Source: Nitrospinae bacterium CG11_big_fil_rev_8_21_14_0_20_45_15 (GTDB taxonomy: Bacteria; Nitrospinota; Nitrospinia; Nitrospinales; VA-1). Taken from it: a DNA stretch of 64,000 nt. Below the pieces are notes generated by a model. The model did no database searches and was not told where the DNA came from. It saw only the letters and a program-made list of their open reading frames with translations. The stretch is taken from assembly GCA_002787235.1 (NCBI GenBank), contig PCWG01000035.1, positions 101,109-165,108 on the forward strand, given 5' to 3'. Both the position numbers and the translations under genes were made by a program. Of the stretch, positions 21,022 to 32,185 are shown one piece after another; position 1 is the stretch's first letter; the number at the start of each line of letters is the position of its first letter.

Positions 21022-21053
21022 ATCCCTGCAAGCTCCAGAATTCAGGCTTGGGA

Positions 21054-22799
21054 TCAGACCGATGAAGTGCTTTTAGATTTGGTGGTAAGGGCGTGCAGGC
21101 GGGTTTGCATCTCTTTCAGCGGCATGAGGTCGCCTTTCTTCGATGCAACAGCGATTCCATCGCGATAAGTTTTTTCAGCGTCTGAAAGCCGGCTGAGTTG
21201 TTCCTGAGTCTTGCCCAGTAACAAATAGGCCGCGGAGTAATCTTTATTCTCTCGCACAACGGTTTGCAGAGGGGCCAGAGCCTGTTCGTATTCTTTCGTC
21301 TCGTGAAAAATCGAGCCCAGACCGAAATTCGCAACCGCATCGACAGGATCTATTTCCAGTACTTCCTTGAACATGGCAATTTTCCGCGCTCTCTCCAACT
21401 TGTCTTTTTCTTCGTCTTTGGCTTTGGCTCGCTCCGACATTTTTTGCGCCATGACTTTTTCGAATTGAATAGCCGTCGCTTCACCTTTCTCAAACTCTGC
21501 ATCTTCGATTCGACCTTGTTGCATGTAATACACGGACAAATTAGTATGCGCCATGATCTCTTGAGGATCGATCTCAACGAGTCTTTTCATCAGTGCAATG
21601 GCCTCGTCGAGTTTATTTTGACGGGAAAGGAAAACTCCCAGTGCCTCGTAAGCGGCGGCATGCTTGGGGTCCATTGCAATGGCTTCGCGCAATATTTCGA
21701 TGGGTCGGTCTAGATTTTCTTCAGTCCGGTATATTTCTAAAGCCTCTTCTAAAAGTTTTCCAGATCGATCCGACCGGGTCTGAAGTTGATAAAAAGGCAG
21801 GAGACAGGTCTTGACTTTGACAGCTTCCCCGTTGATCGTCACATTCAGTTCGACATCGGGACTGCGCCAATCCTTGTGCAAATAAGCCAGTGCAATGTAG
21901 TTTTCCAAAGCCGGAGAATAAACAACGCTCTTGATCAACCCAATCTTTTTTTCGTCCAACAAAACATCGGTTTCTGACAAAGGGCTAAACGAGTTCAAAA
22001 ACAAGAGTCCCATCAAGGAGAAATTGGGCGCACCATAAGTCTTGATACGGGCAATGATTTCCTGCCCAATGTAACACCCTTTATTGTAACTGACCGATGT
22101 GTGCTCCAAACCGGTTTCCGGAAGAACATTCTTCGCGGTCATATCTTTTCCATACAGGGGAATGCCCGCCTCAACGCGCAAGATTTCCCGCGCCGGTGCC
22201 GCAATGCTTTCCGGGCAAATCGTCTCCATCGCTGAAAGAAGTTCATCCGATTTAACATCGCCACAGGGCAAACCAATCAGATAGCCCTCTTCGCCTGTAA
22301 GACTTTTTTGGATCAAAACAACGTTGTCGCTTTGCACGCAAATCGAATTGTATTTCTCCGGAATCTGTGCGTTTGGAATGATCTGATTTAAAATCAACAG
22401 ACTTTTAGGGCCTTGCAAAGCCTGAAGCGTATGCTGAGGGGAGCCAATCGTAACGTCTTCCCGAAAGATATAGGTTTCAAGATGACTTTTCAATTTATCC
22501 GCTTGAACAACTTCCACAAAAATCCAGGCCGCACTCGCCGATTCTCTGTAGATAGAGAAGGAAGCGATCAGCCGACCTTTGCGGTCGACAATCGCACTGT
22601 CCTGTCCCTGCCCGTCTTTCAGTAGATGGACATCATTGGTCGTCTGTGTCTGCAGGAAAGAGAACACATCCGCACCTGTGATGCCAAACAATTGATAGTC
22701 GGATAGCTGGAAACGTCCACAATTCTTTCTGACCTGAAGGTATTCCTCAAGCACAGAAGTCTCTAACGTTGACGTTGTGTTTCCTGTTGTGGAGTTCAT
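21054..22799 (-). CDS. ygfZ: YgfZ/GcvT-family folate-binding protein fused to TPR repeats
   Basis: ITGADVFSFLQTQTTND and the KGCYIGQE signature; the C-terminal ~230 aa are TPR repeats. Confidence 0.85.
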   Translation of the reverse strand: MNSTTGNTTSTLETSVLEEYLQVRKNCGRFQLSDYQLFGITGADVFSFLQTQTTNDVHLLKDGQGQDSAIVDRKGRLIASFSIYRESASAAWIFVEVVQADKLKSHLETYIFREDVTIGSPQHTLQALQGPKSLLILNQIIPNAQIPEKYNSICVQSDNVVLIQKSLTGEEGYLIGLPCGDVKSDELLSAMETICPESIAAPAREILRVEAGIPLYGKDMTAKNVLPETGLEHTSVSYNKGCYIGQEIIARIKTYGAPNFSLMGLLFLNSFSPLSETDVLLDEKKIGLIKSVVYSPALENYIALAYLHKDWRSPDVELNVTINGEAVKVKTCLLPFYQLQTRSDRSGKLLEEALEIYRTEENLDRPIEILREAIAMDPKHAAAYEALGVFLSRQNKLDEAIALMKRLVEIDPQEIMAHTNLSVYYMQQGRIEDAEFEKGEATAIQFEKVMAQKMSERAKAKDEEKDKLERARKIAMFKEVLEIDPVDAVANFGLGSIFHETKEYEQALAPLQTVVRENKDYSAAYLLLGKTQEQLSRLSDAEKTYRDGIAVASKKGDLMPLKEMQTRLHALTTKSKSTSSV

Positions 22800-22853
22800 T
22801 TCCCTTATAAACCTCGGAGCACGATTGGAAAATGATCGGAAAGAAACAATTTT

Positions 22854-23195
22854 TTAGGCAATGGAAAAAGATTCCCCACATCCGCAGGTTGAAGTCGCAT
22901 TTGGATTTGAAAATACAAAGCCTTTCCCTTGCAAGCCGTCTTGGAAATCCAACTGCATTCCCTTCAAATAAATCATCGACTTAGGGTCCATAAAAACCTG
23001 AAATCCTTCTTCTTCAACCACCGTATCCTTCGCTTCCTTAGGCGTGAACTGAAGATCATAAGACAATCCGGAACATCCTCCACCCTTCACACCAAGACGC
23101 AGGCCAATTCCCGGCTTACCTTCAGCCGCAACCAGCCTCTTGACTTCTTCACAGGCCTTGGGCGTAATTTTCACAAAATTAGTAACGACCGACAT
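22854..23195 (-). CDS. iscA: A-type Fe-S carrier (IscA/ErpA/SufA family)
   Basis: GGGCSG and CGCGESF. Confidence 0.92.
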   Translation of the reverse strand: MSVVTNFVKITPKACEEVKRLVAAEGKPGIGLRLGVKGGGCSGLSYDLQFTPKEAKDTVVEEEGFQVFMDPKSMIYLKGMQLDFQDGLQGKGFVFSNPNATSTCGCGESFSIA

Positions 23196-23355
23196 ACATT
23201 CCTCCTGAACCGACTGTTTGATAGAATAAGCGTTTCCCCGTAATACCGGGTCTATACCTATTTAGATATAAAAATCGCCCGCAGGGTTCATTAATTATAC
23301 TTAAAAAAATGATAGCGCGTCAATTTAGAATGGGTTTTCACAAAATTTGTGCAAT

Positions 23356-23392
23356 AAAAAAAGCCCCGCCGGATTTTTCCGGTGGGGCTTTT
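23356..23392 (-). terminator. Rho-independent (possibly bidirectional) terminator downstream of the desaturase
   Basis: AAAAGCCCCGCCGGA-TTT-TTCCGGTGGGGCTTTT stem flanked by A and T tracts. Confidence 0.85.
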
Positions 23393-23412
23393 GAATAAAG
23401 TCTCTGATTATT

Positions 23413-24309
23413 TCAAGCCGCTTGTCGGATGATCTCACCACTGAACAAAACCGGTTGCGCCTCTTCCTTAGGTAACGGTGTCAACTTGGCAACCTTTATC
23501 CGCTTTGCCAGTCCCAGCATCCGCAACACGCAGATAGAGTACCAGGTCATATCAATTTCCCAAGGTCTCAAACCATGTCGTGCCGAAGTCGGGAATGCAT
23601 GATGGTTGTTGTGCCAACCCTCGCCCCAGGCGAGAAGACCCACCCACCAGCAATTGGTAGAAAGATCCTGCTTTAATTTTACATTCACATAACCAAACAT
23701 ATGTGATGCGCTATTGACGAACCAAGTCACATGGTAAACCAGACAGATTCTAACAAACACACCCCAGAAAACCCAAGGCAGGCCACCGATCGCCAAAAGC
23801 ATCAAACCAAAAGCAACTTGGACCTTTATGAAATGAGCATCGAGAAACTGATAAAATTTATCGTCACAAATATCTTTTGTATAAGTATGGATGATCTCTT
23901 CATTATCAATCACCGGGTGCGTGTAAAGCATCCATCCCAAATGGGACCAGAAAAATCCTTTTCGAGCATTGTGTGGATCGTCGTCCGTGTCAGAGCTGGC
24001 GTGATGCATGCGATGTTGTCCAACCCATTTGATGGGTCCATTCTGGCAAGCCAAGGCTCCACAAAATGCAATGATGTAGGTCAGCCACTTTGGTGTCTCA
24101 AAACTACGATGCGTGAGAAGCCTGTGATACCCAAGGCAGATACCAATGGAAGCCGTGAGCCAATAGAGAAAAAGCATGACTGCCACAGCACTCCAGGAAA
24201 AACCAAAAGGGAGGAAAGCTGGAATCGCCATAACGTGGAGGAAAATAAAAAATCCCGCAACTGGTTTATTGAACGTGGGTACTGGTTTGAGTGATTTCAT
24301 TTGCGGCAT
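23413..24309 (-). CDS. Delta-9 acyl-lipid fatty acid desaturase (DesC/OLE1-like)
   Basis: His boxes HRLLTH, HRMHH and HNNHH; the likely start is MPQMKS at 24309 rather than 24420. Confidence 0.93.
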   Translation of the reverse strand: MPQMKSLKPVPTFNKPVAGFFIFLHVMAIPAFLPFGFSWSAVAVMLFLYWLTASIGICLGYHRLLTHRSFETPKWLTYIIAFCGALACQNGPIKWVGQHRMHHASSDTDDDPHNARKGFFWSHLGWMLYTHPVIDNEEIIHTYTKDICDDKFYQFLDAHFIKVQVAFGLMLLAIGGLPWVFWGVFVRICLVYHVTWFVNSASHMFGYVNVKLKQDLSTNCWWVGLLAWGEGWHNNHHAFPTSARHGLRPWEIDMTWYSICVLRMLGLAKRIKVAKLTPLPKEEAQPVLFSGEIIRQAA

Positions 24310-24485
24310 CTTATCCTCGCATTGGAAATAGGTGATAAAATTGTTTCTAATACAACCCCATTGTAAAGAAGCTTTGCCTGAATGATTGTAAAAGTTTTGT
24401 AATATTAAATTGCAGACCATAAATCAGCTTTTCGCTGTATAATTTTAATTGAGACCTTCTCATTGTAAAATATTGAATTGAAGGA

Positions 24486-25508
24486 TTGTTCCATCGCCAT
24501 CCTCATGATTTATTCACGAAACTCAGGAGACTTTTCTTGAACCGATTGCGAGCATTATTTCACCCTATTTTTGTTTTTGTCGGGGTACAGATCGCCTGGA
24601 TCATACTCATGGGGATCTGGATCTACTGGTATGTTCGCAACAGCCAGAAGGTCATGGAGTTCGCCGAAAAGCTGAAGCCTGAACTGCTGATGGACACTAA
24701 CTGGGACTGGGTCATTCTGGCGGAAGGCTGTTTTTTGATGCTCATCATACTCGCCGGTGTCTACGTCATCTTCGTCTACTGGACCAAACAAACCCGGCTC
24801 AACCGCCTGCACAGCAACTTTGTTTCCAGCGTTTCCCACGAGTTGAAATCTCCACTGGCTTCTCTGCAACTGTATCTGGAAACGATGAAGTATCGAAAAG
24901 TCACCGAACAAGACGCCCGCGAATTTGTGGAAATGATGCTGGCCGATACTGAACGCCTTTCGGGACTGATAGACAACATCCTGCAATCCAGCCGAACCGA
25001 TGCCAAAAGCATGCAGTTCCAGTTCGAGCCGATTTCCATTCACGAATTCTTAAGCGACGTACTCAATCGCTACCAAAGACAATTCGACGATCGCCACTTC
25101 AAGGTAAGTTTTCAGGTCGACAGCACTCCTACGCTTCAACTGGACAAACGGGCGATGCGCATGGTGTTCAACAATCTCATTGGAAATGCTCTACGTTATT
25201 CTTCAACGAATTCATCTTTCACGGTACGACTGTTCAGCGACAAAAAATTCTGCTACATCGAATTCACCGACGAAGGCGTTGGACTCAGTAAAAAAGAGAT
25301 CAATAAAATTTTCAAAAAATTCTATCGCGTGCAAGAGAAAGACACACAAAATATAGAAGGAGCCGGACTTGGACTCTTCATCTCCCGCGAAATCGTAAAA
25401 AAACATAAAGGCAAAATCAACGCCTTCAGTGAAGGACGCGGGAAAGGAGTCACCTTCACCATCACCCTGCCTCTCACTCCAGAAAAAAAAGACAAGGCAA
25501 AGCCATGA
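24486..25508 (+). CDS. Membrane sensor histidine kinase
   Basis: Two TM helices; SHELKSPL H-box; NLIGNALRYS; DEGVG; GAGLGL. Confidence 0.93.
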   Translation: MFHRHPHDLFTKLRRLFLNRLRALFHPIFVFVGVQIAWIILMGIWIYWYVRNSQKVMEFAEKLKPELLMDTNWDWVILAEGCFLMLIILAGVYVIFVYWTKQTRLNRLHSNFVSSVSHELKSPLASLQLYLETMKYRKVTEQDAREFVEMMLADTERLSGLIDNILQSSRTDAKSMQFQFEPISIHEFLSDVLNRYQRQFDDRHFKVSFQVDSTPTLQLDKRAMRMVFNNLIGNALRYSSTNSSFTVRLFSDKKFCYIEFTDEGVGLSKKEINKIFKKFYRVQEKDTQNIEGAGLGLFISREIVKKHKGKINAFSEGRGKGVTFTITLPLTPEKKDKAKP

Positions 25509-26353
25509 ACACACGCCAGCAAATTCGAAAGTATTTCAGCATAGGGTTCCTGCTACTCCTCTTTGCCCTGTCCGCTGTTACCGCAAGTGCAGAAGATCGA
25601 CTCAACGTGACCACAGAAACGCAAGTATCACTGAGCGGGAAAGTACACATCACTCTGCATCTTAAAAATATCTCTGGGCATCCGCTCTATTCCATCCATC
25701 CCATGTTCCACTTTCATCACAGCATGGAAATGGGAAACAGGATCGAGCAAATGCAACCCGGCGAGTCGGTAACCATCGACAACGACCGTCATCCCCCGGT
25801 AGTCCTCTCAGGGCGTTACCCACTGGTCGTCCTGCTCCACTACCAGACCGAGCCAAAACAAAAAGAATCCATCCTGCAAACCTATACCGGATCGTTCCAT
25901 CACAAAGAACCCGTCGAGTCCGTTGTCGGCGGCAACATGGAATTCGTGCAGGAGGGTGAAATCTCTAAGTTAAAAATTCACCTGAACAACCAATCCAATT
26001 CTCTAAAAAACGTCCGGCTCATGCTCATCCTGCCACCTGGATTGCAGGCCGATAAATTTCCGGGCATGATGACCTTCACCCTGCATGGCGGCGAAAATGT
26101 TTATTTCGAAACCGGTGTCCAGCACACTCAAAGCTTCCGCTCGCTCACTGGCTATTATCCCATCCATCTCCTGCTCGAATACGGAGAATTTTTAAAACAT
26201 TACACCAGCGAAATCCAAAGCAGTGTCTATTTCAATCCTATATTCGACCTGCACCAGCACTGGCCGCATCTAATCGCCATGATCCTGTTCGCAACCGGAC
26301 TCGCACTGGTTTACAAAAGAAGAATCAGCAACCTCCAACCCAAGAGCATATAG
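25505..26353 (+). CDS. Exported hypothetical protein with C-terminal TM anchor
   Basis: Signal peptide, beta-rich body and C-terminal hydrophobic helix; overlaps the kinase stop codon. Confidence 0.65.
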   Translation: MNTRQQIRKYFSIGFLLLLFALSAVTASAEDRLNVTTETQVSLSGKVHITLHLKNISGHPLYSIHPMFHFHHSMEMGNRIEQMQPGESVTIDNDRHPPVVLSGRYPLVVLLHYQTEPKQKESILQTYTGSFHHKEPVESVVGGNMEFVQEGEISKLKIHLNNQSNSLKNVRLMLILPPGLQADKFPGMMTFTLHGGENVYFETGVQHTQSFRSLTGYYPIHLLLEYGEFLKHYTSEIQSSVYFNPIFDLHQHWPHLIAMILFATGLALVYKRRISNLQPKSI

Positions 26354-26364
26354 CGCATCCTGAT

Positions 26365-26389
26365 TTATAAAAAATCAAGATTTGACCTC
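26365..26389 (+). repeat. Orphan copy of the RAYT element's right end
   Basis: TTATAAAA-AATCAAGATTTGACCTC versus TTATAAAATAATCAAGATTTGACCCC at 54302-54327 (1 indel, 1 mismatch). Confidence 0.8.
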
Positions 26390-26397
26390 TTAATATA

Positions 26398-26483
26398 AAG
26401 CTACGGTAAAATGAACTGTTAACAATCCGATTTTCTAAAAATCGGCACGCTCTATACGGACTCCGCTCCGACGGGCGTTTGCA
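26398..26483 (+). repeat. Modular hairpin repeat, copy 1 (degenerate)
   Basis: CTACGGTAAAATGAACTGTT...[22 nt]...GGACTCCGCTCCGACGGGCGTTTGCA aligns with the 50.7-kb copies. Confidence 0.75.
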
Positions 26484-26513
26484 TGAAAACCTAAACCTCA
26501 TCCAAACATCATC

Positions 26514-26558
26514 CTGAACAAAGCGAAGGATCTCTGTAGTCCAAACTCATGAAAGACA
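26514..26558 (+). repeat. 45-bp repeat of the CTGAGCxAAGCGAAGGATCTC type
   Basis: 40/45 identical to the reverse complement of 52163-52207. Confidence 0.8.
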
Positions 26559-26648
26559 ACTTCTCCTGAATTGTCTTTGCACGGAAGCATCGACCTAATA
26601 ATCCGTTTTTTAAGGGATACAAATTGCCCTGGCAAACTGTCCGCGCGT

Positions 26649-28742
26649 CTACCGCGAACTCATTGCCTTTTTAGTATCTGCAATCCATTGGTCTACCGTC
26701 TTCACTCGATACACCAAGCCAGCCTTGTCAAAAATCGACCGAGCCTTTTCAAAATATTGCAACGCTTTGGCATGATCCTTTTTATTATAATATCCCGATC
26801 CCAGATTATTCCAATCTCTTGCCACATCAGGATGATCGGAACCATAGGTCTTGAGATCGCTCGCCAACGCTTTCTCGTAATAACCAACGGCCTTGTCAAA
26901 TTCGCCTTTAGAATGCCAGGCTCCGCCCAAATTGTTCCAACGAGTCGCTACGTTTGGATGTGCGGGACCAAAGGTCTTGAGGTCGCTCGCCAGTGCTTTT
27001 TCGAAATAGCTGATGGCCTTATCGTATTCACCTTTAGAATTCCACGCCAATCCCAGATTGTTCCAACGAGTCGCTACATTTGGATGGTCTGGACCGAAGG
27101 TCTTGAGATCACTCGCTAACGCTTTCTCGTAATAGCCGATGGCCTTGTCGTATTCGCCTTTTGAATTCCACGCCAATCCCAAATTGTTCCAATACGTCGC
27201 AATCCCAGAATATTCTGGACCGAAGGTCTTGAGATCGCTCGCCAGTGCTTTTTCGTAATAGCCAATAGCCTTATCGTATTCTCCTTTCGACTTCCAAGCC
27301 ACTCCCAGATTGTTCCAATACGTCGCAATTCCAGGATGCTCGGGACCGAAGGACTTGAGATCGCTCGCCAACGCTTTCTCGTAATAGCCGATGGCCTTAT
27401 CGTAATCCCCTTTTGCCCGCCACACTTCTCCCAAATTGTTCCAATAGGTCGCTACCTTGGATTGCCCGGGACCGAAGTTCTTGAGATCGCTCGCCACTGC
27501 TTTTTCAAAATAGCCGATGGCCTTGTCGTAATCCCCTTTGGCTTTCCACACTTCTCCCAGATTATTCCAATACCGCGCAATTCCAGAATGTTCGGGACCA
27601 AAGGTCTTCAGATCACTCACCAGTGCTTTTTCGTAGTAGTCGATGGCTTTGTCATATTTGCCCTTCGCTTTCCACGCCCCTCCGAGATTGTTCCAATACG
27701 TCGCAACTTGCGGATGTTCGGGACCGAAGGTCTTGAGGTCGCTCGCCAGTGCTTTCTCGTAATAGACGATGGCCTTGTCGTACTCCCCTTTTGCTCTCCA
27801 GACTTCTCCCAAATTGTTCCAACGAATCGCCACATTCGGATGTTTGGGTCCAAAGGTCTTGAGGTCGCTTGCCAGTGCTTTTTCGTAATAGCCGATAGCC
27901 TTGTCGAATTCGCCTTTCGAATTCCACGCTCCTCCCAAATTGTTCCAACGAGTCGCTACATTTGGATGTTCGGGACCAAAGGTCTTGAGGTCGCTCGCCA
28001 GTGCTTTCTCGTAATAGCCGATGGCCTTGTCGTATTCCCCTTTTGCCCGCCACACTTCTCCCAAATTATTCCAATACGTAGCAACTTGAGGATTTTCCGG
28101 ACCGAAGGTCTTGAGACTGCTAGCCAATGCTCTCTCGTAATAGCCAATGGCTTTGTCGTATTCGCCTTTAGCATTCCATGCCAATCCCAAATTGTTCCAA
28201 TACGTCGCAACTTGGGAATTTTCGGGAACTAAGGACCTGAGGTCGCTATCCAGAGCATTTTTGTAATAACCGATGGCCTTGTCGTAATCCCCTTTTGCCC
28301 TCCACGCTTCTCCCAAATTGTTCCAGGAAGTCGCCACGAAATGATGATCGGGACCAAAGGTCTTGAGACCGCTCGCCAGTGCCTTTCTGAAATAACTGAT
28401 GGCTGTGTCGTATTCACCTTTCGCAGACCACGCTAATCCGAGACTGTTCCAGTAAATCGCAATTTGAGGATGTTCGGGACCAAAGGTCTTGAGGTCATTC
28501 GCCAAAGCGTTTTCGAAATAGCTGATGGCCTTGTCGTATTCGCCTTTAGAATACAATTCCAATCCCAGATTGTTCCATACACCTGCAATCGGGAAATGCT
28601 CTGGACTGACGTTGACCGTCGCCTGCCGATTGGTATTACCAGAATCTTCCTGTGCTAAAAGGGTAGAGCCCGACCCTGCCAGAATAAGAGCAGATATCAA
28701 ACAGAATAAATTAATTTTAGATTTTATGATTTGTTTGTACAT
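26649..28742 (-). CDS. Secreted tetratricopeptide repeat protein with 15 x 42-aa repeats
   Basis: Signal peptide, then 15 WNNLG...KGEYDKAIxYYEKALASDLKTFGP units (126-nt period). Confidence 0.93.
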   Translation of the reverse strand: MYKQIIKSKINLFCLISALILAGSGSTLLAQEDSGNTNRQATVNVSPEHFPIAGVWNNLGLELYSKGEYDKAISYFENALANDLKTFGPEHPQIAIYWNSLGLAWSAKGEYDTAISYFRKALASGLKTFGPDHHFVATSWNNLGEAWRAKGDYDKAIGYYKNALDSDLRSLVPENSQVATYWNNLGLAWNAKGEYDKAIGYYERALASSLKTFGPENPQVATYWNNLGEVWRAKGEYDKAIGYYEKALASDLKTFGPEHPNVATRWNNLGGAWNSKGEFDKAIGYYEKALASDLKTFGPKHPNVAIRWNNLGEVWRAKGEYDKAIVYYEKALASDLKTFGPEHPQVATYWNNLGGAWKAKGKYDKAIDYYEKALVSDLKTFGPEHSGIARYWNNLGEVWKAKGDYDKAIGYFEKAVASDLKNFGPGQSKVATYWNNLGEVWRAKGDYDKAIGYYEKALASDLKSFGPEHPGIATYWNNLGVAWKSKGEYDKAIGYYEKALASDLKTFGPEYSGIATYWNNLGLAWNSKGEYDKAIGYYEKALASDLKTFGPDHPNVATRWNNLGLAWNSKGEYDKAISYFEKALASDLKTFGPAHPNVATRWNNLGGAWHSKGEFDKAVGYYEKALASDLKTYGSDHPDVARDWNNLGSGYYNKKDHAKALQYFEKARSIFDKAGLVYRVKTVDQWIADTKKAMSSR

Positions 28743-28890
28743 GGGGAGATCGCCTCGATTGAGTGAGACTTTATTCTATCTAGTTTGGATCCGCTTAGCA
28801 AGATCAGAGAGATAACAGAACATCGCTCTAAAAAACAAAAACCATTTCATTTGACGGGAGTTTTACCATGCACGGTGGACTGTTTTTCTG

Positions 28891-28998
28891 GACACACCCG
28901 CCGGAGCGGAGTCCATATAAAAATCATGCGTATTAAGGAACGGATCTTTGGAATAGTTCAATGGCCTCCGGCGGCTTCGCCGGGCAGGCTAGGTCTGC
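28891..28998 (-). repeat. Modular hairpin repeat, copy 2
   Basis: The reverse complement reads GCAGACCTAGCCTGC-CCGGCGAAGCCGCCGG-...GAACTATTCCAAAGATCCGTTCC-[22 nt]-GGACTCCGCTCCGGCGGGTGTG. Confidence 0.85.
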
Positions 28999-29372
28999 TT
29001 GGCCCGTTTGTACATAGTCCATGCGAAAGTGAACCATCCGATCATGAAAGAGAGGCCACCAAGTGGGGTGATGGGACCGAGGAATCGGGGTCCATCAAAA
29101 GTGAGGCCATACAGACTGCCACAAAACAGGACAATCCCAGCGGTAAAAAAGATGCCCGATTTTTTGAGAGCTTTGTTGTCAGGTGCGCCGATTATCAGGC
29201 AGACAATGCCCAGTAAGATGAGTGCCAAGGCGTGATAGCCGAGGTAATGCGTTGCGGTTTGAAAAACTGCGAGTTTTTTTTCTGTGAGGATGGCTTTCAG
29301 AGAATGAGCCCCAAAAGCACCCAGCATCACACTCAGTCCACCAAAAGTTGCGCCGAGTGCGATCCAGGGCAT
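28989..29372 (-). CDS. DUF423 / YgdD-TMEM256 family membrane protein
   Basis: GAFGAH...FQTATHY...H...FCGSLY...GPITPLGG. Confidence 0.9.
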   Translation of the reverse strand: MPWIALGATFGGLSVMLGAFGAHSLKAILTEKKLAVFQTATHYLGYHALALILLGIVCLIIGAPDNKALKKSGIFFTAGIVLFCGSLYGLTFDGPRFLGPITPLGGLSFMIGWFTFAWTMYKRAKQT

Positions 29373-29380
29373 GATGGGTA

Positions 29381-29784
29381 TCAGTCTTCGGATTCTTCAA
29401 GCCGTGCGATGGCTCGAAACAACTTCTTCTGTGCTTTTTCAAACTCCTCGTGATTGAGATCCGTTCGACTCAAAGTCTCTTCCGCTCTTTTGCGTGCGGC
29501 ACGAGCGCGTTCGGCATCAATCTCGGGTCTGAATTCTGCTGTTTCCGCTAGGATAATTACGCGATTTTCAGTCACCTCTGCGTATCCCCCACTGACTACC
29601 ATTGAGTAGGTTTCATCTCCCTTTTGATAGGAGAGTGTACCCGCGCGCATGGTGGTCAAAATTGGAGCATGGTCGAACAGGATGCCCAAATCACCTTCGG
29701 TGCCGGGAATATTCACTTGTTCCGCATCGTCTGCGACGATGAGTTTTTCCGGCGTTACGATACTCAGTTGTAGTAAGTCAGCCA

Positions 29785-29785
<1 letters not shown>
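29381..29785 (-). CDS. atpC: ATP synthase F1 epsilon
   Basis: IVTPE, PGTEGDLGILFDHAP and SGGYAEV; operon position. Confidence 0.96.
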
Positions 29786-31242
<1,457 letters not shown>

Positions 31243-32100
31243 TCAGGCTTTTAAAGCTTCTGCCCCGTTTACGATTTCGATCAATTCTTTAGTGATGTAT
31301 GCTTGCCGCGCCTGGTTGTAGGTCAATGTCAAGGCACCTATCATCTCGCCAGCATTTCGAGAAGCACTGTCCATAGCCGTCATGCGTGCCCCGTGCTCTC
31401 CAGCGGAAGTTTCGAGAAAAGCCCGATACACCTGCACTCGCATGTATCGCTTGAGAAGTGCGTCAAGCATCTCTTCTTCTTCAGGCTCATATATGTAATC
31501 TATTGTCTGTCCATTTTCATCACCGCTTTCAGGAACAATTGGCAGAAGTCTTTCAACCACTACGTCCTGTTGCATGACGGATTTGAATTCGTTATAGACA
31601 ATAAATACCTGGTCAGCAGTTTTATTAGTGAATGCTTCCGCTAATTCGTCACCAATTTGAGCGGCAAGATCGTAATTGAAACCTTTTGTCCAACCAATAA
31701 ATTGCTTTGTGATATCGCAATCCTGAGATTTGAAAAAATCGTGACCTTTCTTGCCTGCAAGAATGAGCGAATCGGCCTTACTTCTGTTGCCGATTTCCTT
31801 CGCTGTTCGACGGATAATATTTCCATTGAACCCACCGCAGAGACCTTTATCGGCGGTGATCACCAGATAAAGTCTTTTATCACCTTCACGATTATCAAGT
31901 AGCGGATGCAGGTCGTAATTACATCGGGCGGCAAGATGACTCAATGTTTCCATCATTTTGACGGCATAGGGCCTGGCACCCATTATGGCGGTCTGAGCTT
32001 TCCTCAGTTTGGATGCCGCCACCAGTTTCATCGCTTTGGTGATCTGCTGAGTATTCTTGACGCTTTTAATACGGCGCCGAATGTCTTTAAGATTGGGCAT
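31243..32100 (-). CDS. atpG: ATP synthase F1 gamma
   Basis: SVKNTQQITKAMKLVAA and ARQAYITKELIEIV. Confidence 0.98.
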   Translation of the reverse strand: MPNLKDIRRRIKSVKNTQQITKAMKLVAASKLRKAQTAIMGARPYAVKMMETLSHLAARCNYDLHPLLDNREGDKRLYLVITADKGLCGGFNGNIIRRTAKEIGNRSKADSLILAGKKGHDFFKSQDCDITKQFIGWTKGFNYDLAAQIGDELAEAFTNKTADQVFIVYNEFKSVMQQDVVVERLLPIVPESGDENGQTIDYIYEPEEEEMLDALLKRYMRVQVYRAFLETSAGEHGARMTAMDSASRNAGEMIGALTLTYNQARQAYITKELIEIVNGAEALKA

Positions 32101-32185
32101 GGATTGGCTTTTAAAGTACTGTCGTTATGATTTTTGACTTGCACTCACCCGGACTTCTGGAGCGAATGCCTGAACGTTATACGAT

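Noticed and set aside
26571-28658. Long antisense and alternate-frame ORFs over the TPR gene (e.g. 27336..28232 +)
   Set aside because: These are by-products of the 126-nt repeat lacking stops in other frames.
26649-28742. Diversity-generating retroelement target
   Set aside because: No reverse transcriptase or template repeat is present in the window, and the variation is not adenine-specific.
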